Assembly (NCBI GenBank): GCA_002633005.1
Contig: NMRA01000285.1
Location: 62,001-126,000 of the forward strand
DNA: 64,000 bases
From: Phoronis australis
Taxonomy: Eukaryota > Animalia > Phoronida
Direction of reading: 5' to 3'
Numbering within the stretch: position 1 is the stretch's first letter; the number at the start of each line of letters is the position of its first letter. The translations under genes were made by a program, and so were the position numbers. This document shows, in pieces, positions 39,293 through 52,898 of this stretch. Under the pieces are notes generated by a model. That model was given only the letters and a program-made list of their open reading frames with translations, was not told the origin of the DNA and made no database searches.

Positions 39293-40459
39293 AGGGGCGC
39301 AAGTACGGTAGTTGCTAAGGCGGTCGTGGACACGCTACTGCAAACGCAACGATGGGTTTTCAGTAAAGCGAAAATGTTGAAATTGTTTTAAAAATTCTTA
39401 ATTTTTCTTATCATACCTGATGATGATACGGCGTTAAATAACTGTGCTATCACACCGTGAAATACGTCTGAACTACTTTTCCGTATTTTCTCTAGAGAAT
39501 ATAACCGTTATCATCTCTAGAGAGAATAGCCGTAGCAATACCGTTAGAATTACGGTATTTGGAGGGCTAAAACCATAAGAATTACGGTAGTAGTTTAAAT
39601 TTATCTCGTTACATAGTATCATTCACGGCTTGAATTCTGAACAGGTGTAAGTGTCACCTAATAATTGAAAACCCCTTACAAATGAAAATTGAATAAAGTA
39701 TTTTGCACAAATCATAAACATATCCGTCAAATATCATCTAAACTTTTTTCCAACAAAGTTGATGATAATCAAGGCGAAAACAGTGTTTCATTGGGGCTAT
39801 TCGGAAAATTTACATTAACTAGAGGGCGCGCGTGTACTAGTGGTGATAGATTAACAGCCTCGATTTCGCGAGCCCTTTAAATACATGGTGAAATGGCTTG
39901 TAGGTGTGCAAACTGAATCTGAGATTGCGTGAAAAGGGTGCTTCTATGAGAGAAAGTAAGCACGACCTTATACAAAGGTAAGGTTTGTGATTATTTTAAC
40001 GATTATTCCATGTTTATTCTACTGATGCCAGTTAACTGAGATACTCGCCGATGTCGACTTCGCGACAGTCGCCAGTCGGGTTAATCTTTGTTGTGATACG
40101 TTACGATACTTGACGTAGCACTCGAGATCTTTTCATACATCAAAGCCGTATTATTGTTTGGAATGATTTCAAACAGGTTTATCAGTGACAGTTACATCAA
40201 AGAATGCTGAATGTTTAACTCGATATGGGTTAGTGAGATTACAATCAAAGCCCAATGCCATGGCAAAGGGTACGTAAATATCCATTAGACTATTTGTTTA
40301 CTCCCTATCCTATGTCTTCCGGAAATTTATTACACGTTGAAATGAAATTCTATCATGTCTGTTTTCACGTGACCTTTGGTTTTTAAGTTTGAGGGATTGT
40401 ACCGTTCAGAGGAGATATGCATCGCTTCTGCATCGACCCTGAATGGACAAAAATTGGTT

Positions 40460-41100
40460 NNNNNNNNNNNNNNNNNNNNNNNNNNNNNNNNNNNNNNNNN
40501 NNNNNNNNNNNNNNNNNNNNNNNNNNNNNNNNNNNNNNNNNNNNNNNNNNNNNNNNNNNNNNNNNNNNNNNNNNNNNNNNNNNNNNNNNNNNNNNNNNNN
40601 NNNNNNNNNNNNNNNNNNNNNNNNNNNNNNNNNNNNNNNNNNNNNNNNNNNNNNNNNNNNNNNNNNNNNNNNNNNNNNNNNNNNNNNNNNNNNNNNNNNN
40701 NNNNNNNNNNNNNNNNNNNNNNNNNNNNNNNNNNNNNNNNNNNNNNNNNNNNNNNNNNNNNNNNNNNNNNNNNNNNNNNNNNNNNNNNNNNNNNNNNNNN
40801 NNNNNNNNNNNNNNNNNNNNNNNNNNNNNNNNNNNNNNNNNNNNNNNNNNNNNNNNNNNNNNNNNNNNNNNNNNNNNNNNNNNNNNNNNNNNNNNNNNNN
40901 NNNNNNNNNNNNNNNNNNNNNNNNNNNNNNNNNNNNNNNNNNNNNNNNNNNNNNNNNNNNNNNNNNNNNNNNNNNNNNNNNNNNNNNNNNNNNNNNNNNN
41001 NNNNNNNNNNNNNNNNNNNNNNNNNNNNNNNNNNNNNNNNNNNNNNNNNNNNNNNNNNNNNNNNNNNNNNNNNNNNNNNNNNNNNNNNNNNNNNNNNNNN
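40460..41100. other. Assembly gap (N run)
   Basis: Continuous Ns. Confidence 1.
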
Positions 41101-41941
41101 GTATGTGCTGCTAGCCTACCCGGCATCCGAATCCTGGGTGAGTTTCCGAAAAGAAACACTTAGTTCCATTCAATAAACCCGTTATTCAGTGGGTAACTGG
41201 TGGGGATAACATCACCGAACGATGTCGATAGAAACTTGATTGCTAAAAACTTACCAAGTAACCTTATGTAGTCTCCCAAAGGGGCTTCGGCATCCACACA
41301 CTTTTTCTCAGTTGGTTGACCCTTTTGACCGCAATGCTCCACGGATGTAGTAACCTTAGGTCTTTTGGTAATTTGTGACCACCTGTCGAAGACTTGCACC
41401 AAGGAAAATAGTAAGGCTTTGCACGACGACGTATTTTGCTAACAAGTCTTTTTCCCAGATGTTTACATGCAGACAGCGACGCATGCGCAATTCAATCACT
41501 ACAAGTACAGCAGCGACACCGCGAGGAGAATTCTCCGAATAGCCCCATTGGGCAAACACGCGCAACCTAAACGATACAGCGGCCTCATTTGGCCAACTAG
41601 TCGTGAATGAGTCGTTGCTACGGTAAACATATAACCACGTCAAACACGGAAATCATAACCACCGTGTTCTAACCGTGTTGTATTTGGTCAACTATATAAC
41701 ACACACACACGCACGCACGCACGCGCACACACATCATTCTTAATAATACATCTCTAGCAGGAGAATTTGGCAGAAACAAAGAATGGGATATAGTTGAAAT
41801 GAAAATTTAAAGATTTTCTAAAATGATGAGCAGGGTCTTAAGAAAAGGGAAGCATAAACCACTTTTAACGGCATTGCAATTATTCTCAAGAAGATGATGG
41901 AAGTTTAAATGACTGGTAGACTGATGATAAATAACACACTA

Positions 41942-44900
41942 TTACCCAAACGATGACAACCCCTCTTCATTTGCTTTGTTAGACTTTGGCGTTGTTCTGC
42001 TATGAGGAGAGGCAGAGGCCCACCTTGTCTTGATGGCATCGGCGTCACGTGGTACACTACCGGCCCCAAACAGTCGTTTGTGTGTATTTTCCCGAGCTCT
42101 CTGTAGCGGTGTTCTTCCGGTATTTCCTCTAAAACCTTTGCTTCCACAAATTACCTGAATCAAAAATAACGGTACATATGTTGGGTAAGATATTAGCAAC
42201 TATAACGATATGTACTTGTGCGGTAAATGTAGGCCGTAGGTTACTGGTATACAGGCGTTCTTCCTGGCGAGTTTGAACATTGTGTCTGGGCCTTCAGGAA
42301 CAATGGTGGACACTAGTGAATGAAGTAAACACGTGCTCCTTGGCGAAAGCTCGCACGAACTTCTGTGATCCTGCCAAACTCCAAATGAATGCGTTTGAGC
42401 AACTTACCCAGCATCAACAATTTTACAATAAAATAGGAGCTGACAGAGCTCCTGGCTTTACATATTATTCTCTAGCCTTGTAAAATACACTCTGTTTCAA
42501 AACGTTCCCTCTGTATTCTTCTCTTTGTTGTTCTTTAAGCGCAAGGCATAATAATGAGAGTTAAGATTTCGAGCGTGTTCATTAAAACTCAAAGGTTGCA
42601 TACTTCATGAGCTAAAATTTGGTTGTTATCGGCTACATAGAGGAACACTTATGACGTAAAGCACCTGCAGTGGACAACAGACATGATAAAAAAGTTAAAA
42701 CGCGGCATTCAAGTTAGGCTCTATCTTTCTGACGGCAGCGAGGAATGAAGCACAGTACATGTACACTGACGTCTCAATGAAAGATAGCACTGTGTAAGTG
42801 CATGCGCTCAGTATGTTCAAGTAAAGCCGTCTAATGTCGACTACTTGCCAGAGATGCCGACACAGATAAAACTAAACGTCATCCAATCTGGTAACGGGCC
42901 TTTTAGAGTTCTCCTTTTGCGCTGACGTGTTTCCCGCCAACTAGTGATATTCCTTATCTTTTCAATGCTGCTTAATGTCACTGATAAAATGTAATCATGA
43001 CAGCTATTCTGGTATATATTTACACAACACTAAACTCAAATGAAACCGGAAACCTGTTTGGTCTGCTAAGCAGCGAATGAATTATTAATGAATGATTTTT
43101 GACTTTTGCAATTCGATAAGTCAACTTCCTCCAAGTTGTATTTGATAGCAAACGTCGATAGGTCGGCCATTTGGAATTTCTGAATATTTTGTCTCATTGA
43201 TTCGCAAATCTTTAGCATTAATCTATAATTTTTTCAAGACCGGTCAACTGTCAAATTTTATGAACTGGGGTGTGAATTGTATGATTATTTACAAAATTCA
43301 GACATGGTGCGGTCACCCTAGTCAAACGTTCATTATAATAGATTGTTGAAAATTGACGCACGTCATCACAGCTATCGTGCTAGCAACTGGCCTATGATTA
43401 GACACAGTTCACGAGTGATCAAACCAACTTTTGTTGGAGAAAATGGTGATCACCCGATAAAATGTCACAAACAAGTCCAATGTAACCACCTCTTAGGTTA
43501 GATCTATATAAATCTCAGAAACGTAGACAACTGATTGTGCCTGATTCCTTTCAGTGGTCAAACTTCGAGTCGCCAGTTTCATGCCAGTGTAGTCAAAATA
43601 TATCAAGAATTGATCACCGGATACTACTGCGACAGTATCAGATGTCAGAACGTTTAAACTTGCATTGTTATCTTTTTGTCGCGGAGTCTGAATATGAAAG
43701 ACAAAGTAAACTGCTCCAAGCTCTTGTTTACTACCGATTATTTACGAAGTCCGAAACTAGTAAGTCAATTTTTTGGTTCATTTATTTTCATACGAGCTGA
43801 AACGTGCCGGTTTGCGTGCCATCGTATACAATCTTATGGTAGTTAAGGTTACTGCCATTTACAAGAATTCCAAAAAATATCGTTTTACAAGCAACGTCAT
43901 GTCAAGAACTGTTTTGCTTTCATGTTAATGGTTTGTAGGTAAGTTGATTGAAACGACTTTCAAATATCCTGGAACATACTATCAAGGTCAGGAATACCGA
44001 TTCAACGAAGTTTCAGAATCGTTACGAAAACAACAGAGTACATTTCAGGATATAAGGCCAGAATGTAAGCCGAAAATTGTCTAAAAGCACACACCGAGCT
44101 ACATATTCGTAGGAAATGTTCGTGGTTGAAGCGTAGAAATTTCACGTTTAAAATTTCAATCGCAAATTCCTTACGAAAAATGCTTATCAAACATATAGTT
44201 TCCGTATCGCTTCACGGGCGGCGCAGCAATGAAAAAAGGGGGGCTTAAGCCCCGTCAGGACCCTTGTGGTGCATCGCCTATAGACCAGTGGTGGATCTAG
44301 GATACTGTAAGGGGGGGCCAACATGTTGCCTCGGAGAATTGGGCAAAGCGCGATTGTAAGCGCAGGCGGCCCGAAACTTGCGGGCGCTGGCGATGAGGAC
44401 CTGGTGTTGCCAAATTCTATCAGAGGACTAAAAAAAACGGGAACNCCCCCCCCTGAATCCGCCTATGTAGACCATGTGCGGCGTAGCACTGAAAAAAGTG
44501 GAGGCTATAGCCCTCCCAGCCCCCTATGGTACGCCGCCCGTGCGCTTTACTTATGAGGATAATGGAAACCGTTCATGAAAGACTTTTTGTGGATTTTTTT
44601 ACAGAATGTTGACAATATATAGAAAGATGGCAAAAACTGCGGAGTTTTTAACTGTGTTCATTTTTTAGCAGAAGGTTCCACAGAAAGACTTGCATGCTTC
44701 TCAAATTTTTCGACTGATGCACCCGAGCGTATTTTTGGCACTGCCAATGTACAAGAGGATTTTACAATTTCAAAACTTAAAGTTCTTAAACTATAATTTT
44801 TACTTTGGTTTCGAAAATGACTGCTGCCGAAGGGCTTAAACTGACCGTCTCTGGAACTTAAATTTTTCCAAGTGTCCTTGATTGGGATTTCTCTGTCATT

Positions 44901-47900
44901 TATTGAAATTATTCATGGGATTCAAAAACCCTAAAAATGAATTCAGACAAAAAATGTTCATAGGTGGCGTATGCGGTTTTAAAAAAATATTTACACAAGC
45001 TATACTTACAGGTTCAGCCTTGCTCTGAGTTGCAGCTGATTCATCGTGTTTTTTGATTGCTTGGGTGCTGTCGTTAAGCGATATCTGGTTGTGGCCATTC
45101 GTAAAGCTCACCACGTCCACCGTATTGGACAACGACGTGAGACCCGCGTGTTGTTTGTAACTTTGTATATTACTGTCAACAGCTGGTAATAAATAGCCAA
45201 TAGGAAAATAGTCAATGTTTTGTTCTCGACACATCTCCATTAAAGTGGCGATGTCCAAACGAGACTGCGCTTTTGCCTGTCTTTGAAAACCTCCATATAT
45301 TCTATTGCCGTCACAAGGTTTTGCCTCGTGCGTTAACTCTGGTGTCCTGCTAATAGGTCGAAAGTCATCAGATACACGTAAACTGTTGAGTAAACTTTTG
45401 GAGTCGCTTATAGAAGTTTTAGCGGTCTGTAGTTTTGGATTTTCAACAGTCTGCCGGCCAGCACCGTCGCACTTTATCACCACGCTAGTATATTGTTTTT
45501 TACTATTTCTCATGATCGACTTAGCGATTTTGTCAGTTGAAATCTTTCCGCCTTTAAATCCAACACAGTTCTGTCCATACTTAGAGTTTTCAACTTGGTT
45601 CAAAATGTTACTTATACCAGCATCATCTTGAGTTTTAAGAATAGTTTTAACGGTGGATGCACCTGCGGTCCACTGCGGTGCACATTTCCGGAACATAGGT
45701 TCTTGGGTTTTTTCTGCGGATCCGTCAGAGGAAACTTGTTGAATGGATATTTTCTTAAGGGACACGGAATTTTCGGTTTTAGCCTGAGTTTTTTCTTTTG
45801 CGGATTTGGAAGTGTCTGAATCTGAGCGTCCACAGTCGTTTTTACTTAAGATTTGATCTAATTCGCGGGCATCATCACCCTTGTTCAAAGATTTTCTGCT
45901 GTTCACAGTCCTTTCATTTATGCTTTCTTCGTTATTTGTGCTCTCCTCGTGTTCTCCTCCCGCTTGCCTCATGTTGGCGTATACTCCTGCATAATGCGAT
46001 ATTGCTGTAAATGCTTTGCTAGATTTGTTGATTTCCGTTTTCTTTGAAGTACTCTGAAAGTCAGTATGGTGGTGACTCGTGCCTCCATCTGGCGGTGCAC
46101 TTTTAATCTGTCTCGAAGATTGTGTAATTTGTTTTGTAGGAGTAAGACTTTTTGTTTGATGCTGCTTGATGACGTCTTTGTAAACACTAAACTCGGGTGT
46201 ATTACTGTTAAGCCCAGAAGTGTTGTGAGTTGTCCAGGTTTGTACGACTGTTGATTGCCGCAAGTTGTCTTTTTCACTACTACAAATCTTAGAGGCGTCG
46301 GCATCGGCCGACACTATCTCCCCACCAGAAGAATGAACGCAGGCGTCTTTGTGAAAAGTGGCAGACGGAGGAAATCGGGTATAATAACTGCCATTGGATG
46401 TTGCAATTTCGAGTTGTTTTTGACACTGACGCTCCATGGAATGTCTCCGTTCACCTCTTAAGGCGGGACTCTGAATGACAAAATCAGTAGGTGGCTTCAC
46501 GTAACTTAGTTTTCGTGGCTTGACGTCATCTTTAATAAGGCCATTATCCTCGCTGACATCACCGGCGTTTGATTGCTCCAGCACTTCGCAGCGATCTGTT
46601 GGGTATATTTCTAAGAAATATTTTCCGCTTTCTTTGTTCTTAGATCGCCCTAAAATAAAACACAAACAGTTGTTTATTGTCGCCACTACATCCTACATAA
46701 ATTTAATAACGATTAATCTTTCTGTTTAGTTTTCAACTTTGTTGTATGAAGTTTAATGAATGGATACATTATAGAAATACTCTTTTAATTTCAGTACATA
46801 ACGTAAGGGTGAAAAGTTGTGACCATTAAAATTATGGCCAATTGTTAAGTTACATGTAATTATTTACAAGAATGCTACCTTACCAAGGTACTGTTCAGTT
46901 GGACTCATACGTCTTCTAGTCCATTCTTCCAAACCTGCAATAACAAAGATTCATTCACTGATTAACACATTGCTGACTTACGACTGTGACAAGTACAGAA
47001 AATTCATGGTAACTAGTTTCATGCTGTCCCCATACCTGATAAACTATAAGGCGGTATCGCAGCTAATACACAGTCTCTAACTATTCGGCTGAGTTTAAGA
47101 ATGACTGAACAGAAAATCATACGTTTTCTAAAACGGGTAGTAATGTCCACAATTTTTCATGTTCTTTTGAGAACGACGTCCAGATTCGTCTTACAGGCCG
47201 CCCTCACGAACTCCCTTTCAATCAGGAGAGAGGCGATGCCGTAACACACAAAAACATACCAGCAACATGGATTGGAAGTATTGAGTATGCTTTTAACTCG
47301 ACCGTAAATAATCAAGCCTGCAAACTCCAGGACAGTACTTACTCTGTATCCTCAGACATCATAACGGGAGATAGATATAAAATTCACAGAACTCCAATAA
47401 TGGTTTGAAATGTTCTGTTTTGAAACTGCTTGTTTTCCGGGATATATATTTCGTCTTCCTTACCTGGCGAGTCTTCATCGTTTTCGTATGGTGCCCATTG
47501 CCAAGCGCTGAGTTCGCCCCATCTGTCGGATCTTCTAAAAGAGATCACGCAATTATGCTTTTTCATTATTAAAAGAAAAAAGACAAACTTAATAAATTCA
47601 TTAGGGCTATAAAACCCAGATTAGTGACACCGCTGTTCTTCTCGGGTTCACAACGCTAAGCAGCCCAATTAAGGCACAAGGTACATGCATAAATGTTTAA
47701 AAAATAAATACAACTACTTAAAATTTCTTTTAAAAGATAAAACTTCACCTCTTTATAGTTGACCACTTAGGGGGATATACATCAAAGTGCGGGCAAAGAA
47801 AAAGGTTCTTTCGTCGAAGATTGTCGTGATACCTTTAATAAATAGATCAGTTTTACGTACCCAAACTATCGTATCGAAGGCATATAGAAAAAAGCCCTAA

Positions 47901-49713
47901 AGTACATTTTCTATGCAAAAACACTATTGACCCCCAGTCGGTCACAAACTTTTCCCCGCCCTAGTAACTCGTGCATGAGTCCAGACATCGTATGAAGAAC
48001 CTGTAATCTATACAGCCGATGTCTTTGACAGCGTTCGGATCACGACCAAGCAACATCACAGTAATCCTTGAGGAAGATATCGTGTCTTAGCATTGTATTT
48101 CCTAATTTACTCGACACCTAACTACACTATTTGAGATTAGAGTGTCTCGGGACCCTATAAGCTATGACAAGTTCGTCACCCCTAGTTATCTGTCCCCACG
48201 GTTGCCACGGTGGTATGCACCTCCCCAGGTCGACGCAGTTGTTCTCTTCCCCGATAGTGGCCACAGCTTTGCAGATACACCCTCGTACCCAGAACTTTCA
48301 TTCCCCACAAGTCGCCACGAGTTCTTGTCCAAACTTTTTTAAGAGGTGTTGTCGTTAAATTTGTGGGACCTAAGTAATTAGTTTAATAGATGATACGAGA
48401 ACTCGACAAAACAGGATAGCCTCCGGGTACCGACCAAATTCCGCTATAACCGTTTTGATCGGACATAAATACTTGTCCTTCATCTATGATCACGTATTTT
48501 TGCATGTACTTGTAAATGGGCTCGTTCTGAAAGTGTGGACACAAACAAATTAACCTAAGGGTGAGGTTGTATTGGCTGTTAAATTGATACATTGATTGTC
48601 GAATGTATACAAAAATGGAAAGCTGAAATACAAATATTTGTCAAACATTATCATTTTACTCTGCAGTGAATAAAAATGAAATAGTATAAATTAGGAACCA
48701 ACAGCCACACATAAAAACATGCCGCGCGTGCATTTAGTGTTGGGTTGTAAATAAATGGACTACAGCACAAAACCTTTGTAGGCGTTATGTAACTGAGTCA
48801 TTCAACAATTTTAACTAATAAACAGAGCTGGTGAATAGATTGTGTACAAAGTGGTTCGCCTTTCGTGACCCGCTATTGATTCTTAAACAGTTATGTCGTC
48901 ATTTAAATATCAGTTAATGTAACTGTAATTGTTAATGCTTGTAGCAAATTGATACTACAGCTTGAAAACTTTGTCAACATGTCTAAAATTAAGCTTAATT
49001 GTCTTGTCTTTCTATGGCGGTATTCAAGGAAATATGCTATGAACAGTGTTGAAGAGTGATTTCGTGAATATATAGAAGAAATGGTTTATAAACTTAAAAC
49101 ACATCGTAGTTTTCTGATTTGCCGGAGTTCAGATTCAAGAGACTAAAATGTTCGATTTGCCTACTTTCTCCATTGATCTGTGCTCTGAATATGGAACTAT
49201 GTTCAACTAAAGCACAACACTTCATAAATTTCGGGTTCCAGAATCTCGTAATAAGGCAGAACCGGTTTGATTACGACTCAGAAATCGATAATTCTTGAAA
49301 GCAAAAGTGCATTTACAACATTCATCGAATCAATATTAAAAATCTAACGCTGTAGAAGCAATCCTGTTCCTTAATTTCCCGAGTAAAATTTTGCATCATA
49401 AAATTTTTCAGGTAAACTGTGGACTGCTTGTTTAACTTAGGGCCAATTCGGAACTACTCCTCAATTTGAGATATTTTAAATGCTCAAGTTAACATTTAAC
49501 GATGGCAGTTTTTAAATTTACATAACTGCACATTCTTTAGTGTGAGTAGGTAAGGAGATCAAACAAAAAATGAACGTCATATTCAGCCGTACCTGGACTG
49601 TGGAGGTGTTACCACTGGTTTTGCGGGTCTATCAAGCCGGGTTGATGGTCGACCAAATGACATGCTGGGAGGCGTTCTAGTGTTGTCCGCAACTGCCCAA
49701 GTGGAGATGCAAA
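41942..49713 (-). CDS. Uncharacterised, largely low-complexity (S/K/T/Q-rich) protein, multi-exon; ends uncertain
   Basis: Phase-consistent GT-AG chain 49713-49593, 47534-47464, 46934-46884, 46649-45010 (1640-nt open exon) and 42154-41942, reading ...MSFGRPSTRLDRPAKPVVTPPQSRRSDRWGELSAWQWAPYENDEDSPGLEEWTRRRMSPTEQYLGRSKNKESG... The start is either the MSFGRP ATG or the phase-1 mini-exon ATGGCACCCG|GTAAG at 55872-55863. A further 3' exon near 41618-41356 is possible. No domain recognised. Confidence 0.7.
44213..44542. mobile_element. Compound/nested MITEs with 5-bp TSDs
   Basis: Outer ends CACGGGCGGCG / CGCCGCCCGTG flanked by CGCTT (44208-44212, 44543-44547). Inner element 44286-44467 (CAGTGGTGGATCTAG...CTGAATCCGCCTATG) flanked by TAGAC. 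Confidence 0.8.
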
Positions 49714-49869
49714 CTGAATTAAGAAAACAATTATTATTTATTATATGATGCAGAGCCCAGAATTAAAAGTGTGACAATCAATACAGTTAGTCCCAAAGAG
49801 TGACTTGTCAGGAAAATGTACCAAATCACTTGAAATTGGATGTAATGTATACATTTCTAAATGCATGCA

Positions 49870-50140
49870 ATTATATGTATATGTATGTTTGAATGTGTGT
49901 ATTGATGTATTTATGTATGTATGTGTGTATATGTACGTATGTATGCATGTATGAATATACGTATGTAAGTATGCACTACGCATGTGTGCAAGTACGTATG
50001 TATTTGTGTATGTATGTACGTAAATATGCTTGTAAGAATGAATGTATATAAGCAGTGATGTGTGTATGTATGTATGTATGTATGCTTGAAGGAATGAATG
50101 TATATATGTATGTATATATGTAGCCTACATGTATGCATGT
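49870..50140. repeat. Degenerate (TATG)n microsatellite
   Basis: Direct inspection. Confidence 0.9.
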
Positions 50141-52898
50141 TTAAAAGTTTACAGTGACAAATAATATTTATCCTCTGTATTTAACTCATCAGAGCTCACT
50201 CAGTACTGCTTTCCAGTGAGGGGTTTCCACTCAAACACACACTCAAGGCCAAAAACACTGCGAAGTTTGCCAGCGTGCACTGAAATTGTCGCCCATTGGA
50301 TTCCGCTTACGAGGCTTCAGAGAGACCGCGGCCAACTGAAATGGGTAACTGCGCCACTGGATCAAATCAACCGATCGTGCCCGGCCATTTCTCACCGTCT
50401 GTTACTCCATTAATTGTAATTCACATTAAACCGATTGGGTATATCGAATAGGACATGAAACTAATGCTATCACAGTACTCACCTATGCCACTCCATCCCT
50501 CTCCAGTTTATAAACGTACTACGTCTCAACAGTCATCGCATTCATTTGTTCGAGTCTCTGTTGACATTCTCGACTACCGTTGGCCGACGGTGATAACGGA
50601 CTGTAATATTAGCAAGACGATAAGTTATCAAAAGGACACGAGTCAGTTAACCGCAATAGTAGATCTACCTGTCTCTACCCAGACACAACGTAACATTTCT
50701 TACTCGATTACAGGTGTTAGTAACGAGGACCAGCGTGACCCGTAAATTTCTCTCTGTATTACAGGGTCACGTCCACACGAACCGTTGAGTAAACCTACAC
50801 ATTAGTGTTAGCATATAAAGCCTCATTATAATTGATACAATAGCCAATAAAAGAGTTTCATACTGGCAGTTTTCACTGCAACGTATTCCTGTGTACATAA
50901 GCATTTCACAGGGCTCACGCTTGAAATAAATATACACGCTCAACGATTTTGATTGTTAAAAAGATTAAGGAATAAAGTTGAACCTATTGATCATGCCCGC
51001 CACTTTCCGTTTAATTATCCAGACAACGCGAAAATAAAAAATTGGGGAAATGAGGTAAAAATGCAGTGTAAGTACCTAATTGACATTATACGGTGAAAAA
51101 GTGTGGGACATATTAGTTAATATGTGTTTTATTTTTATATTATTCACGAGGCTTGAGGCCCCGATTCGTGAGTCCTCACAAAGAGGCGGAGCATTTTCTG
51201 AAACCGCCACTCCAGACGATCTTCGAATTGTAGCAGCAGTTGTAGTGGTGAACGCAAAAACGGTTTTTGAATCAGTGCAGCTTTCAAAAGTTTGACTAGA
51301 AGCTGAAATGGGCGCAATATCACATAAACAGGGACGACATGTTAATTTTCATGAGCTTATAGAATTGAAACAGGCTTGCTCGAAAACAAACCAGAGACTA
51401 CATAACTCTTATACGTTGAGCTTGTTGCCTAAAAAACACGCACAGCTTCAGGTCTAGGGACGCGTCTCCGGCCTGACGGAATTTTAAGATAGAAAACAAA
51501 ACTCTGCATGCTCTATTCGACACAAAGTTTTATGGAAATAATATCAACATCATTGATTGTATAACTTGAAGGAGGAACTGAATGAACTGAACATTTTACC
51601 TGGGAGTAATATATTTGATATTGGTCCTAGATTTTACATATGTCGGAGGACTGCGTGGACAAGTCTGCCACTGATCATGTCCACAAAATTGCAGAATTTA
51701 TGTGTTTTCTCAAGAAGAGAGTCAACGGATTTTTTTTTACTGTTTACCAGTCTGCCATTTACTGAACCACATGCATGTCGGTCGGTGTTTTTAGTAAACT
51801 TTACCAACAATTAAAGTAAGACACATTGATAGCAAAACAGATGACCAAATTTCTTATTTTAAAGAGCACACATGCAAAAGTAGAACACGTTAAAAACGAT
51901 ATCTAACATAGTTTCAGGGTACATTGCATTAAGTACAGCTATCTAGAAGTTTCACTTGAATCTGAACAGCCTATTTTAAGATATGATGTTCCGAAATTTA
52001 TGTGGAAAATTTCTTGCTTACACTGGTCACCGCTCAGATTCCGTTAGCCCCAGACAGCTTTTACGATGCCTATTCAACACGCCCTTTGTATTAATGTAGA
52101 TCTGAGCTAATGAAGTGGAAAGGTAGCTAGCACTACTGTCTCAACAATGATGGTTGTTAGTACACCCAATTTGATTTCCTCTGACATTTGCAGAGTTACA
52201 GCCTGCAACTCTGGAGAGTAGTTTTAACTTGGTACATTATAAATATTACAAAATGACTAAAAAGGTTAACTTGTGTTTATCTTCACAAAGGGTCACTTCT
52301 CAAAGGAACGACACGTTTCCTATTGGTTTCGGTTATTTAATTTTTAATGCTTCTGCCCACTTGTTATTTTTTACCGGGAACGGGTTGATAACTTTTTATC
52401 GAAGTTTTAAACTTGAAGTACCAAAACAGTTGTAGATTTTGATCGGCAGCGAAACTTAATAAGTTAAGTTTATTGTGAGCCCATCCCTGAACTTTCCACC
52501 TCACAGGTACAATAAACATTTCATTAAAGTTTAATCTCTATTAGAACTCAAATCATAAAAAAAACAAAAGTGCAAATATGGTAATAACCAAACTGAAGAC
52601 TTGGAATCTCTGGACAATTTTGGTGGCACTGACTATATAACTAATCTAGCTCTTTGTCAGTAGGCCGAATAAAAAAATAAAAGTGGGCACAAGTTAAGTG
52701 CAACTGTTTCCTGATCAAAATCTGGTTAAACGAGATTGAAAGAATATTAAAAAATGATTCCATGTTATATTGTTAACTCTGATCAGCGTTTGTACATCCA
52801 CCGAGTTTATCTTCAATCGTATCAATGGTTGTAGTTTTTAGATAATTAGTTCATCGATTTTTAAAATTCGAAAATCGTACTTGTTTTTTTTTTTTCAG

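Noticed and set aside
40376-41176. Four long ORFs of 223-266 aa
   Set aside because: Artefacts of reading through the N gap.
45305-46729. Several short ORFs overlapping the large exon
   Set aside because: Antisense or alternate-frame shadows of the 596-codon minus-strand frame.
48383-48592. Minus-strand ORF NEPIYKYMQKYVIIDEG as an exon
   Set aside because: Its open frame is phase 0 and does not fit the phase-2 junction between the flanking exons.
49741-50138. His/Thr/Tyr/Ile-rich ORFs
   Set aside because: Translations of the (TATG)n microsatellite.
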